In this document: piece by piece, positions 11,697 through 24,505 of the stretch
Numbering within the stretch: position 1 is the stretch's first letter
Layout of the letters: the number at the start of each line of letters is the position of its first letter
NCBI RefSeq assembly: GCF_044704955.1
Contig: NC_091999.1
Location: 50,344,001-50,408,000 of the forward strand
Length of the DNA: 64,000 bases
Direction: 5' to 3'
Origin: Pristiophorus japonicus
Lineage: Eukaryota
Program-made: the position numbers and the translations under genes
The notes under the pieces: model-generated
The model's database searches: none
What the model saw: only the letters and a program-made list of their open reading frames with translations
Told to the model about the DNA's origin: nothing

Positions 11697-14130
11697 ATAG
11701 AATGCATACGGGACTATTTCTTAGAACAGTATGTAACAGAGCCTACAAGGGAGCAAGCCATCTTGGATCTGGTCCTGTGTAATGAGACAGGAAAAATAAA
11801 TGATCTCCTCATAAAAGATCCTCTCGGAATGAGTGATCACGATATGGTTGAATTTGTAATACAGATTGAGGATGAGGAAGTTGTATCAGAAACGAGAGTA
11901 CGATGCTTAAACAAAGGGGACTACAGTGGGATGAGGGCAGAGTTGGCTAAAGTAGACTGGAAACAAGGACTAAACAGTGGCACAATTGAGGAAAAGTGGA
12001 GGACTTTTAAGGAGCTCTTTCATAGTGCGCAAAAAAATATATTCCAGTGAAAAAGAGGGGCGGCAAGAGAAGTGATAACCAGCCGTGGATAACCAAGGAA
12101 ATAAAGGAGAGTATCAAATTAAAAACCAATGCGTATAAGGTGGCCAAGGTTAGTGGGAAACTACACGATTGGGGAAATTTTAAACGACAGCAAAGAATGA
12201 CTAAGAAAGCAATAAAGAAAGGAAAGATAGATTACGAAAGTAACTGGCGCAAAATATAAAAACAGATAGTAAAAGCTTTTACCGATATATATAACGGAAG
12301 AGAGTGACTAAAGTAAATGTTGGTCCCTCAGAAGATGAGAAGGGAGATTTAATAATGGGAAATGTGGAAATGGCTGAGACCTTAAACAATTATTTTGCTT
12401 CCGCCTTCACAGTGGAATACACAAAAACAATGCCAAAATTTGCAGGCCACAGGAATGTGGGAAGGGAGGACCTCGAGACAATCACTATCACAAGGGGAGT
12501 ACTGATGGACAGGCTAATGGGACTGAAGGTAGACAAGTCCCCTGGTCCTAATGAAATACATCCCAGGGTATTAAAAGAGATGGCTGAAGTTATAGCAGAT
12601 GCATTGGTTATAATCTACCAAAATTCTCTGGACTCTGGGGAGGTACCAGCGGACTGGAGAGCAGCTAATGTAACGCCTCTGTTTAAAAAACGGGGCAGGC
12701 AAAAGGCAGGTAACTATAGGCCGGTTAGTTTAACATCTGTAGTGGGGAAAATGCTTGAAGCTACCATTAAGGAAGAACTAGCGGGACATCTAGATAGGAA
12801 TAGTGCAATCAAGCAGACGCAGCATGGATTCATGAAATGGAAATCATGTTTAACCAACTTACTGGAATTCTTTGAGGATATAACAAGCATGGTAATAGAG
12901 GTGTACCGATGAATGTGGCGTATTTAGATTTCCAAAAGTCATTCGACAAGGTGCCACACAAAATGTTACTGCAGAAGATAAATGTACGCGGAGTCAGAGG
13001 AAATATATTAACATGGATAGAGAATTGGCTGGCGAACAGAAAGCAGAGAGTCGGGAAAAATGGGTCCTTTTCTGGTTGGAAATCAGTGGTTAGTGGTGTG
13101 CCACAGAGATCAATACTGGGACCACAACTGTTTACAATATACATGGATGACCTAGTAGAGGGGACAGAGTGTAGTGCAACAAAATTTGCAGATGACACTA
13201 AGAATAGTGGGAACGCGGGTTGTGCAGAGGACACAGAGAGACTGCAAGGAGATTTGGATAGGTTAAGCGAATGGGCTAAGGTTTGGCAGATGGGATACAA
13301 TGTCGGAAAGTGTGAGGTCATCAACCTTGGGAAAAAAAACAGTAAAAGGGAATATTATTTGAATGGGGAGAAATTACAACATGCTGTGGTGCAAAGGGAC
13401 CTGGAGGTCCTTGTGCATTAATCCCAAAAGGTTAGTTTGCAGGTACAGCAGGTAATCAGGAAGGCGAATGGAGTATTGGCCTTCATTGCGAAAGTTATGG
13501 AGTACAAAAGCAGGGAGGTCTTGCTGCAACTGTATAAGATTTGGTAAGGCCGCAACTGGAGTACTGCGTGCAGTTTTGGTCACATTACTTAAGGAAGGAT
13601 ACACTAGCTTTGGAAGGGGTACAAAGACGATTCACTAGGCTGATTCCAGAAATGAGGGGGTTTCTTTATGATGATAGATTGAGTAGACTGGGTCCTTACT
13701 CCTTAGAGTTCAGACGGATGAGGGGTGATCTTATAGAAACATTTAAAATCATGAAAGGGATAGACAAGATAGAGGCAGAGAGATTGTTTCCACTGGTCGG
13801 GGAGACTAGCACTAGGGGGCACAGCCTCAAAATACGGAGGAGTCAATTTAAAACCGAGTTGAGAAAAAATTTATTCTCCCAGAGGGTTGTGAATCTGTGG
13901 AATTCTCTGCCCAAGGAAGCAGTTGAGGCTAGCTCATTGAATGTTTTCAAGTCAAAGATAGATAGATTTTTAACCAATAAGGGAATTAAGGATTACGGGG
14001 AGAGGGCGGGTAAGTGGAGCTGAGTCCACGACCAGATCAGCCATGATCTTATTGAATGGCGGGGCAGGCTCGTGGGGCTAGATGGCCTACTCCTGTTCCT
14101 AACTATTATGTTCTTATGTTCTTATGTTCA
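11697..14130 (+). mobile_element. CR1 LINE (5'-truncated ORF2 to 3' tail) inserted in the GA-rich spacer
   Basis: ORFs 11763-14023 give endonuclease C-terminus and RT (GNYRPVSLTSVVGK, FADDTK, EYCVQFWS). (TTCTTATG)n tail. The spacer sequence resumes at 14131. Confidence 0.95.
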
Positions 14131-14184
14131 AAGGGGGAGACAGATAGAGAGAAAGACAGATATAGAGAGAGATAGAGAAAATAA

Positions 14185-16142
14185 TTCGGTTCTGTCTTTA
14201 CAAAGGAAGATACAAAAAACCTTCAAAATGTACCAGGGGACTGTGAGTCTAGTGAGAATGAGGAACTGAACGATATCCTTATTGGCGGGAAATTGTATTA
14301 GGGATATTGATGGGAATAATGGCCGATAAATCCCTGGGTCCTGATAGTCTGCATCCCAGAGTACTTACGGAAGTGGCCCTGGAAATAGTGGATGCATTGC
14401 TGATCATTTTCCAACAATCTATCGACTCTGTATCAGTTCCTATTGACTAGAGGGTAGCTAATGTGATGGCACTTTTTAAAAAAGGAGGGAGAGAGAAAGC
14501 GGGTAAATATAAATCGGTTAGCCTGACATCAGTAGTGGGGAAAATTTTGGAATCAATCATTAAGGATGAAATAGCAGCCCATTTGGAAAGCACTGACAGG
14601 ATCGGACCGAGTCAGCATAGATTTATGAACGGGAAATCATGCTTGAGGAATCTTCTGGAATTTTTTGAGGATGTAACGAGTAGAGTGGACAAGGGAGAAC
14701 CAGTGGATGTGGTGTATTGAACTTTCAATAGGCTTTTGACAAGGTCCCGCACAAGAGATTGGTGCACAAAATCCCAGCGCATGATATTGGGATTAATGTA
14801 CTGATGTGGATAGAGAACTGGTTGGCAGACAGGAAGCAGAGAATCGGGATAAACAGGTCCTTTTCAGAATGGCAGGCAGCTACTAGTGAAGTGCCGCAGG
14901 GCTCAGTGCTGGGACCCCAACTCTTTACAATATACATTAACGATTTGGTTGAAGGAATAGAGTGTAATATCTCCAAGTTTGCGGATGACACTAAACTGGG
15001 TGGTATTGCGAGCTGTGAGGAGGATGCTAAGAGGCTGCAGGGTGACTTGGACAGATTAGATGAGTGGGCAATTATACGGCAGATGCAGTATAATGTGGAT
15101 AAATGTGAGGTTATCCATTTTGGGGGCAAAAACACAAAGGCAGAATATTATCTGAATGGCGGCACACTAGAAAAAGGGGAGGTGCAACGAGACCTGGGTG
15201 TCATGGTTCATCAGTCACTGAAAGCGGGCACGCAGGTACAGCAGGCGGTAAAGAAGGCAAATGGCATGCTGGCCTTCATAGCTAGGGGATTTGAATATAG
15301 GAGCAGGGAGACCTTACTGCAGTTGTACAAGGCCTGAGTGAGGCGGCCAGACCTGGTATATTGTGTTCAGTTTTGGTCTCCTAGTCTGAGGAAGGACGTT
15401 CTTGCTATTGAGGGAGTGCAGCAAACCAGTTGCCAAACAGTTCTCTATTCACGCCAGTACCTTAATCCCAATACCATGCACTTGGATTTTGTGCACCAAT
15501 CTCTTGTGCGGGACCTTGTCAAAAGCCTATTGAAAGTCCAAATACACCACATCCACTGGTTCTCCCTTGTCCACTCTACTCGTTACATCCTCAAAAAATT
15601 CCAGAAGTTTCATCAAGCATGATTTCCCTTTCATAAATCCATGCTGACTCGGCCGATATTGTCAACAGACTGATTCCAGGGATGGCAGGACTGTCATATG
15701 AGGAGAGATTGGATCAACTGTGCCTTTATTCATTGGCGTTTAGAATGATGAGAGGGGATCTCATAGAAATATATAAGATTCTGACGGGACTGTACAGGTT
15801 AGATGCGGGAAGAAAGTTCTCGATGTTCGGGAAGTCCAGAAACAGGGGACATAGTCTTTGGATAAGGGGTAGGCCATTTAGCACTGAGATGAGGCGAAAC
15901 TTCTTCACTCAGAGTTGTTGACCTGTGGAATTCCCTGCCGCAGAGAGTTGTTGATGCCAGTTCATTGGATATATTCAAGAGGGAGTTAGATATGGCACTT
16001 ACGGATAAGGGGGTGAAGGGTTATGGAGAGAAAGCAGGAAAGGGGAACTGAAGGAATGGTCAGCCATGAACATATTGAATGGCGGCGCAGGCTCGAGGGG
16101 CCTAATGGCCTAATCCTGCAGTTATTTTCTATGTTTCTATGT
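14185..16142 (+). mobile_element. CR1 LINE, RT to 3' tail, with an internal inverted self-duplication at 15425-15660
   Basis: ORFs 14463-15921 carry RT motifs PQGSVLGP and FADDTKL. TTCTATGT tail at about 16127-16142. Confidence 0.93.
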
Positions 16143-16564
16143 ATCTAAAACTGAAAATGATGAAAATACTCATCAGGTTAGAGACAGGGACAAAGTGAGA
16201 CAGGCAAAGACATGGGCAGACATGATGGGAAAGAGAGAGACAGTCAGACAGAGAGTCTGAGAGAATCCTATTGGAACAGACGTGGGCACCGTGAGAAAGA
16301 GACAGATTGAGAGACAGAGACAAACAGAGAAACAGGCACAAACAGAGTGAGTCAGAGAGAGGCAGACTCAGACTCAAGCACACAAACACATGCACAGCTC
16401 TCTAAAGACAGAAAGGCAGAGACTGAGATACACAGATACATTTCACAATTTCATTTCATGATCGGCTCAGAGTGTCACAGAGTAACAGAAAATTGTTGAT
16501 TCTGCAGATGAAACTCAGGTATCACTGATCAGCATGGGGCAAAATCAGTGATAAATCAAAGAGA

Positions 16565-16646
16565 TTCGAGGAGTGGGGTACGAACTCTCGTGGGAAAATC
16601 TCATTGAATTTTAAGGCTGGCGTCTTAACCAGTCGGCCATCCTGGT
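16565..16646 (-). pseudogene. tRNA-Leu(TAA) pseudogene, copy 2
   Basis: ACCAGGATGGCCGACTGGTTAAGACG... with broken acceptor and anticodon stems. T-loop reads TTCGTAC. Confidence 0.8.
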
Positions 16647-17404
16647 CCTTCCAGTGTTTCGATTCTGTCTCTGTGAGAATCTGGGCTTCAACTCCACCCC
16701 ACAGACACACACATACACATCGGGTTTCAGTGAGCATTTCGGAACATTTTAATAATATTGACACAGGGGCAACTCTCCTATTCTTTTTCGAGTAATGCTG
16801 TGATCCACCCGAGGGTGCAGACGGAGCTTTAATTTAACATTTCTTCCGAAAGTCAACAGCTTCAACAGTGCAAAATTCCCCAAGTACTGCACTTGAGTGT
16901 CTGCCAAGATTATCTGCTCAAGTCTCAGGAGTGGGACTTAAACACACAAACTCCTGATTCAGTCGAGAATACCGCCACTGAACCAAAGCCGATACCAAAG
17001 TTCACAACCGTATTATTTTCATCAAATCTTTTAAAAAATTCCATGACATACCAAATTCATGGTGATGATTTATACAGACAGTTGCACATACACAGATATA
17101 TATATATACCCGATAGAGAGACACAGACACACACACACATAAGCAAAAATATACTCGCACCAACGGACATGTCTATCCCTCTATATGTCTTAGACATATA
17201 GAGGGATAGACAGGCTGAATCACTGTCGCAACTTTGGCTAATTTTTGCGTTTTTCTATACGTAAGTATCGTGAAAATTGCAGTTTAATAAAAATGATTTA
17301 AAAAATGACAGTTTTGAAAGGTGTGGGACGTTATTCCATCTATCCCAGGATGAGTTTTGCAGAGACCTGGTTAAATTGTGAAATGGAATGAAAATGCTGA
17401 GAAT

Positions 17405-17486
17405 CGTAGTCGGCAGGATTCCACCTTTAGGCGAAAAATACGATGGATTTTCGAGTTCATCGCTGTAACCTCTTGCCCACGACTAC
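17405..17486 (-). pseudogene. tRNA-Ser pseudogene (AGA-type body)
   Basis: Ends GTAGTCGTGG...AATCCTGCCGACTACG are intact; internal arms are heavily mutated. Confidence 0.8.
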
Positions 17487-17673
17487 TGACTCGTTATTTA
17501 TTTAAATGTTACTCAGATAAAACTCAGTCATCCACCTCTCTGCAGCAGATGACACAGAATTCTGAAAAAATCTCCTCTTCCTATATTTTTACTATTCTGC
17601 ATTGCTCTGGAACTTTTTAATATTAATCTATACCAAGAAACAGAAGTAAAATCCTGCATTTTGAAAAAGCTTC

Positions 17674-17744
17674 CTGCCCGTTGGGAATTGAAACTCTGTC
17701 TTCTGCATAACAGGCCGGGATACTTAGCACTATTCCAACGAATG
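17674..17744 (-). pseudogene. tRNA-Asp-derived pseudogene, copy 2 (anticodon position reads GTT)
   Basis: Same position in the unit as copy 1; AGTATCCCGGCCTGTTATGCAG. Confidence 0.7.
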
Positions 17745-18442
17745 TGGATTTAGTCAAAGCAGGGATCGAACTGTGAAGAGAACTGGACTCCATGAGAAGT
17801 GGAGAGACACATTGAGAGACAGAGACAAACGGACAAACAGGGAGAGACAGACAACGAGATAGAGAGAACGAGAGACAGAAAGTGTGAGACTGAGAACGAG
17901 AGGCAGACGAATGGAGAAAAAAACTCAAACACATACTTATACAGAGATATGTGTGTGCTCTATAAAGAGAGAGAGGGAAAGAGTGAGACAAAGACAGTGT
18001 TAATGACAGTGACAAGGACAGAGACAGATAGAGAGAGAGCGACAGATAGAGAGAGAGACAAAGATATAAACAGACAATGATGGAAATACTCAGCAGGTTA
18101 AAGACAGGAACTAACAGCGACAGGAAAAGAGATACAGACAGGCAGAGGCATAGACAGACAGAGATGATGGGAAAGAGAGAGGCAGTCAGACAGAGAGACT
18201 GAGAGAATCCCATTCGAACAGAATTGGACACCGTGAGAAAGAGACAGACTCATTGAGAGACAGAGACAAACAGGGAAACAGGGAGAGACAGATAGCGAGA
18301 TAGAGACAGAGAGAGACAGAAAGTTTTAGACTGAGAGTGAGGGTCAGACTGAGTGACACAAAGATTCAAATACTTACATACACAGAGATGTGTTTGCGTG
18401 CTCCATAAAGAGAGGGAGGCAAATAGTGATGGAATGACAAGA

Positions 18443-18618
18443 NNNNNNNNNNNNNNNNNNNNNNNNNNNNNNNNNNNNNNNNNNNNNNNNNNNNNNNNNN
18501 NNNNNNNNNNNNNNNNNNNNNNNNNNNNNNNNNNNNNNNNNNNNNNNNNNNNNNNNNNNNNNNNNNNNNNNNNNNNNNNNNNNNNNNNNNNNNNNNNNNN
18601 NNNNNNNNNNNNNNNNNN
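18443..18618. other. Assembly gap (N run) inside a GA-rich spacer of the array
   Basis: Run of N. Confidence 1.
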
Positions 18619-18933
18619 ATGATGGAATGACTCATCAGGTGAGAGACAGGGACCAACACAGACAGGTTAAGATATGGACAGAGATGAAGGGAAAGAGAGA
18701 GACGGTCAGACAGAATCCCTTTGGAACAGAATTGGACACAGTGAGAACAAGACAGAGGCAGACTTCGAGAGACAAAGACACAAACACAGCTTGCGAAAGA
18801 GAGAGGCAAAGACTGAGCGACACAGATACATTTCATTATCTGCTCAGAGTGTCACCGAAACATGCAAATGCAACAGATGTAAATCGGGTATCACTGAGCA
18901 GCATGGGAAATAATCTCTGTTTAATTAAGCAAT

Positions 18934-19016
18934 TACCAGTTGTGGGGTTCGAACCCGCGCAATTATAATTTCATTGGATTTTAAGTCCAACACATTAACC
19001 ACTCAGCCATCCTGGG
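18934..19016 (-). pseudogene. tRNA-Leu(TAA) pseudogene, copy 3
   Basis: Anticodon arm TTGGA-CTTAAAA-TCCAA and GGTTCGAACC B box are intact. Acceptor stem and variable arm are broken. Confidence 0.85.
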
Positions 19017-19535
19017 CCTGGCAGAAACGGGCTTTGTCTCTGTCAGAATTTGGGCTTCAGCGCCACCCCCACAGACACACACACACACAGAGGGTTTCAG
19101 CGAGGATGTTCGAACATTTTTAGTGATATTGACACGAGGGCAACTCTCCGATTCTTTTTCGAGTAATGCTCTGGGACCTTTCACATCCATCCGAGGGTGC
19201 AGGCGGAGCTTTAATTTTACATTTCATCCGATGGTCAACAGCCTCAACAATGCAAAATTCCCTAAGTACTGCATTTGAGTGTCAGCCAAGATGATGCGCT
19301 CAAGTCTCAGGAGAGGGACTTACACAAACGACCTTTTGAATGGAGCCACTGAAACAAAGCCGATACCAAAGATCACAAGCGTATTATTTTCCCCAAGTTT
19401 TTTAAAAAGTTCCAGGACATACCAAATTCTTGGTGATGATTTCCATAGACAGTTGCACAGACACAGAGACATACATACAGATAGACATAGACAGACACAC
19501 ACACACATAAAATAACCAAAAATATACACGCATCA

Positions 19536-20265
19536 ACATAGAAACATAGAAACATAGAAATTAGTTGCAGGAGTAGGCCGTTGGCCCTTCGAGCCTGCAC
19601 CACCATTCAATAAGATCATGGCAGATCATTCAACCTCAGTACCTATATCCTCCTTTCCCTCCATATCCCTTGATCCCTTGAGCCGTAAGAGCCATATCTG
19701 ACTCCCTCTTCAATATATCTAATGAACTGGCTTCAACAACTTTCTGCGGTAGAGAATTCCACAGGTTAACCACTCTCTGAATTAAGCTCTTTCTCCTCAT
19801 CTTGGTCCTCAATGGCTTACCCCTTATTCTTAGACTGTGACCCCTGGTTCTCGAACTCCCCAGCAACAGAAACATTCTTCCTGCCTCTCACTTGTCCAAT
19901 CTCGTCAGAATTTTATATGTTTCTATCAGATCCCCTCTCATTCTTCTAAACTCCAGTGGATACGAGCAGAGCTGATCCAGTCTATCCTCATATGTCAGTC
20001 CTGCTATCCCTGGAATCAAGCTGGTGAACCTTCGCTGTTCTCCATCAATAGCAAGGACGTCCTTCCTCAGATTTGGAGACCAAAACTAACAAAATATTTA
20101 ACGTGTGGCTTCACCAAGGCCCTGTACAACTGCAGGAAGACTTTCCTGCTCCTAAATTCAAAGCACCTAGCTATGAAGGCGAACATGCCATTTGCCTTCT
20201 TCACTGCCTGTTGCACTTGCATGCCCACTTTCAATGAAAGATGTAGCATGACACCCAGATCAAGA
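19536..20265 (-). mobile_element. CR1 3' fragment that is part of the long array unit; same insertion at about 22897-23615 and 26298-27008
   Basis: Same 5' truncation point (CCCAGATCAAGAT) and same insertion site (after ACACGCATCA) in three consecutive units. Confidence 0.92.
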
Positions 20266-20784
20266 TGTACACAGAGTGCCTTAGACAAATAGACGGATAG
20301 ACAGGCAGGGTCACTGTCGCTGCTTTGGCTGGCCTTTGCATTTGTCCGTCGAGAATGCTGCCACTGAACCAAAGCCAATGCAACGTCACAAACGTATTAT
20401 TTTCTCCAAGTCTTTTGAAAAAGTTCCAGGACATACCAAATTCATGGTGATGATTTCCACAGACAGTTGCACATACACAGAGACATATATACAGATAGAC
20501 AGATACAGACACACACACACACACTCACACACACACACACATAACCAAAAATATACAGGCACCAACGGACATGCACAGATGACTTAGACATATCGAGGGA
20601 TAGACAGGCTGAATCACTACTTTGGCTGATTTTTGCATTTTTCTATCCGTATGTATCGTGAATATTGCAGACTAATAGAAATGTGAAAAAAATTTCAGTG
20701 TTGAAAGGTTTGGGACGTTATTCCATCTATCTCAGGATCAGTTTTGCAAAACCTGGTTAAATTGTAAAGAAAAGTGCTGAGAAT

Positions 20785-20866
20785 TGTAGTCGGCAGGATT
20801 CGAACCTACACGCAGCAAACCCAAAGTATTTCTAGTCCATCGCTTTAACCGCTCGGCCACAATTAC
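20785..20866 (-). pseudogene. tRNA-Ser(AGA) pseudogene
   Basis: GTAATTGTGGCCGAGCGGTTAAAGCGATGGACTAGAAAT...GTAGGTTCGAATCCTGCCGACTACA. A/B boxes are recognisable; the anticodon stem 3' side is mutated. Confidence 0.88.
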
Positions 20867-21085
20867 TGCGTCTCTGGCACTTTAAATGTTACTCAGAAAA
20901 AACTCAGTCGTCCATCTCTGTGCAGCAGACGGCAACAGAATCCTGAAAAAGTCTCCGTTTGCATAAAAACCTGGAAGAGGCAATCTCCTCTTGCTGTATT
21001 TTTACTGTTCTATATTGCTCTGGAACTTTTTAATAAAATCGAAACCAAGAAACAGAAGTAAAATTCGACATTTTGAAAAAACTGC

Positions 21086-21157
21086 TGCGACGTCGGGAAA
21101 TTGAACCCGGTTCTCCCCCATAACAAGCGGGGATAATCACCACTAAACGGACGAGGG
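21086..21157 (-). pseudogene. tRNA-Asp-derived pseudogene, copy 3 (GTT)
   Basis: CCCTCGTCCGTTTAGTGGTGATTATCCCCGCTTGTTATGGGGGAGAACCGGGTTCAAT. Confidence 0.8.
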
Positions 21158-22297
21158 TACGGGTTGCGTTAGAGCAGCAATCGAGCTATGAACAGAAGTC
21201 GACAGACACATTGATCGACAGAGACAAACCGACAAACGGGGACAGACAGACAGCGAGAGAGAGAGACAACGCGAGACAGAAAGGGTGAGACTGAAAAGTG
21301 AGGCAGACTCAGTGAGAAAAAGACTCAAACACCTACATATACAGAGATGTGTGTGTGTGATCTATAAAGAGAGAGAGGGAAAGAGTGAGAGAAAGACAGT
21401 GACAAGGAGAGAGACAGATAGAGAGAGAGCGACAGATAGAGAGAGAGACAGATATAAACAGAAAATGATGGAAATGCTCAGCAAGTTAGAGGTAGCAACG
21501 ACCAGCGACAGGCAAAGAGAGAGAGATAGGCAGAAACATAGACAGACAGAGATGATGAGAAAGAGTGAGACAGTCAGACAGAGAGACTGAGTGAATCCCT
21601 TTCGAACAGAACTGGACACCGTGAGAAAGAGACAGACAGATTCAGAACCAGAGACAAACAGGGAAACAGGGAGAGACAGACAGTGAGATAGAGACAAAGT
21701 GAGACAGAAAGTTTGAGACTGAAAGGGAGGATCAGACTGAATGAGAAAAAGACTCAAACACATACATACACAGAGATGTATTTGCGTGCTCCAAAAAGAG
21801 AGGGGGGGCAAATAGTGATGGAATGACAGAGAAAAGGACAGGGACAAAGAGAGAGAAAAAGAGGGCGACAGATAGAGAGAAAGACAGATAGAGAGAGAGA
21901 GACATAGAGACAAACACAGAAAATAATGGAAATACTTATCAAGTTAGAGACAGGGACTAACAGAGACAGGCAAAGACATGGACAGACAGAGATAATGGGA
22001 AAGAGAGAGACAGTCAGACAGAGAGTCTGAGAGAATCCCATTGCAACAGTACTAGACACCGTGAGAAAGAGACAGATTGAGAGACAGCGACAGACAGAGT
22101 GGGTCAGAGTGAGACAAAGTCTCAAACACACAAACACATGCACAGCTCTCGAAAGAGAGAGTGCGGCAGAGACATTTCACAATTTCATTTCATTATCTGC
22201 TCAGAGTGTCACATAGTTACAGAAAACTAGAGATTCAGCAGATGAAAATCGGGTATCACTGAGCAGGATGGGAAAAATATCTGTTTAATTAAGGAAT

Positions 22298-22380
22298 TAC
22301 CAGGAGTGGGGTTCGAACCCACGCGGGTATAAACCCATTAGATTTTAAGTCTAACGCTTTTCCCACTCGGCCATCCTGGT
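22298..22380 (-). tRNA. tRNA-Leu(TAA), copy 4; nearly intact cloverleaf, possibly functional
   Basis: ACCAGGATGGCCGAGTGGGAAAAGCGTTAGACTTAAAATCTAATGGGTTTATACCCGCGTGGGTTCGAACCCCACTCCTGGTA. Perfect 7-bp acceptor, 5-bp anticodon, 4-bp variable and 5-bp T stems; A73; one D-stem mismatch; T5 terminator about 20 nt downstream. Confidence 0.75.
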
Positions 22381-24134
22381 CTTGATCCTGTCAAAGGATG
22401 GACTCTGCCTCTGTGAAAATCTGGGCTTCAGCTCCAGACATATCGGATTTCAGGAAGCATTTACAAACATTGTTCGTTATATTGACACGGGCGCAACTCT
22501 CCTATTATTTTTCGACTAAGGCTCTGGGAACTTGCACATCCACCCGAGGGTGCAGATGGAGCTTCAATTTAAAATTTCAGCTGATGGTCAACAGCTTCAA
22601 GAATGCAACATTCCCCAAGTACTGCATTTGAGTGTCAGCCAAGATTATGGGTTCAAGTCTCAGGAGTGGGACTTCCACACACAACCTCCTGATTCAGTCG
22701 AGAAAGGAGCCACTGAACCAAAACCGATACCAAAGTTCACAACTGTATGATTTTCCCCAAGTTTTTTAAAAAGTTCCAGGTCGTACCAAATTCATGGTGA
22801 TGATTTCCACAGACAGTTGGACACACACAGAGACATACATACAGAGAGATACACAGACACACGCACACACAATAACCAAAAATATACACGCATCACCATA
22901 GAAACATAGAAATTAGGTGCAGGAATATGCCATTCGGTCCTTCGAGCCTGCACTACCATTTAATAACATCATGGCTGATCATTCAACCTCAGTACCCCTT
23001 TCCTGCTTCCTCTTTATACCCCTTCATCCCTTTAGCCGTAAGGGCAATATCTAACTCCCTTTTGAATATATCTAATGAACTGGCCTCAACGACTTTCTGC
23101 AGTGGAAAATTTCAGAGGTTATCCACTCTCTGAGTGAAGACGTTTCTCTTCATTTCGGTTTCTAAATGGCTTACCCCTTACTCTTAGACTGTGATCCTTG
23201 GTCTCGAACTCCTCAGCAGCGAGAACATGCTTCCAGCCTCTAAGCTGTCCAATTTCGTCACAATTTTTCATGTTTCTTCTGATCTCCTCTCATTCTGCTA
23301 AACTCCAGTGGATACCAGTCCAGTTCATCCAGTCTCTCCTCATATGTCAGTCCTGCCATCCCGGGAATCATGCTGGTGAACTTACGCTGTACTCCCTCAA
23401 TATCAAGGACGTCCTTCCTCAGATTCGGAGACCAAAACTGAACACAGTATTCCAGGTGTGGCCTCACGGAGGCCCTGTTCAAATGCAGTAAGACCTCCCT
23501 GCTCCTATACTCAAATCCCCTAGCTATGAAGGGGAACATGCCATTTGCCTTCTTCACCATCTGCTGCACCTGCATACCAACAATCAATGACTGATGTACC
23601 ATGGCACCCAGATCAAGATATACAAAGATTGCCTTAAACAAGTAGATGGATAGACAGGCAGGGTCACTGTCGCAACTTTGGCTGTCTTTTGCGTTTTTCA
23701 GTCGAGGATACTGCCACTGAACCAAAGCCGATACCAAAGTTCACAACCGTATTATTTTCCCCAAGTCTTTTTAAAAATGTTCCAGCACATACCAAATTCA
23801 TGGTGATGATTTCCACAGACAGTTGCAAATACACAGAGACATATATACAGATAGAAAGACTCAGAGACACACACACCCACACACATAACCAAAAATATAC
23901 ATGCACCAACAGACATGATTTTGACATATAGACGGATAGACAGGCTGAATCACTGTCGCTACTTTGGCTGATTTTTGCGTTTTTCTATCCGTATGAATCA
24001 TGAATATTGCAGATGAATAAAAATGAGAAATAGATGTCAGTGTTGAAATGTGTGGGACGTTATTCTGCCGATCTCAGGATCCGTTTTGCAAAAACCTGGT
24101 TAAATTGTAAAATGGAATGAAAAATGCTGTGAAT

Positions 24135-24215
24135 CGTAGCCGGCAGGATTCGAAACTCACGCAGAAAACCGAAAGGATTTCTGGACCGTCGCTTTAACCA
24201 CTCGGCAACAACGAC
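24135..24215 (-). pseudogene. tRNA-Ser(AGA) pseudogene
   Basis: Positional homologue of the other Ser copies; GCCGAGTGGTTAAAGCG...CCAGAAAT...TTCGAATCCTGCCGGCTACG. Confidence 0.8.
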
Positions 24216-24433
24216 TGCGTCTCTGGCCCTTTAAATGTTACTCAGAAAAAACTCAGTCATCCATCTCTGTTCAACAGACGGCCACAGAATCCTGAAAAAG
24301 TCTCCGTTTGCAAAAGATCTGTAAGAGGCAATCTCCTCTTGCTGTATTTTTACTGTTCTATATTGCTGTGGAACTCTTTAATAAAATCTATACCAAGAAA
24401 CAGAAGTAAAATTCGACATTTAGAAAAAGCTGC

Positions 24434-24505
24434 TTTTCCGTCGGGGAATTGAACCTGGTTCTCCCGCGTAAAAGGGGGGCATAATCGGCACGACAGGGAC
24501 GAGAG
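24434..24505 (-). pseudogene. tRNA-Asp-derived pseudogene, copy 4
   Basis: 3' half ACGCGGGAGAACCAGGTTCAATTCCCCGACGGAA is recognisable; the 5' half is decayed. Anticodon position reads TTT. Confidence 0.72.

Noticed and set aside
11697-14130. Active autonomous LINE
   Set aside because: 5'-truncated, with several frameshifts and stops; no LINE in the window has an intact ORF2.
3523-20866. Functional link between the ERV Ser PBS and the neighbouring tRNA-Ser genes
   Set aside because: Priming tRNAs act in trans, the local Ser copies are pseudogenes, and the adjacency appears to result from a later rearrangement.
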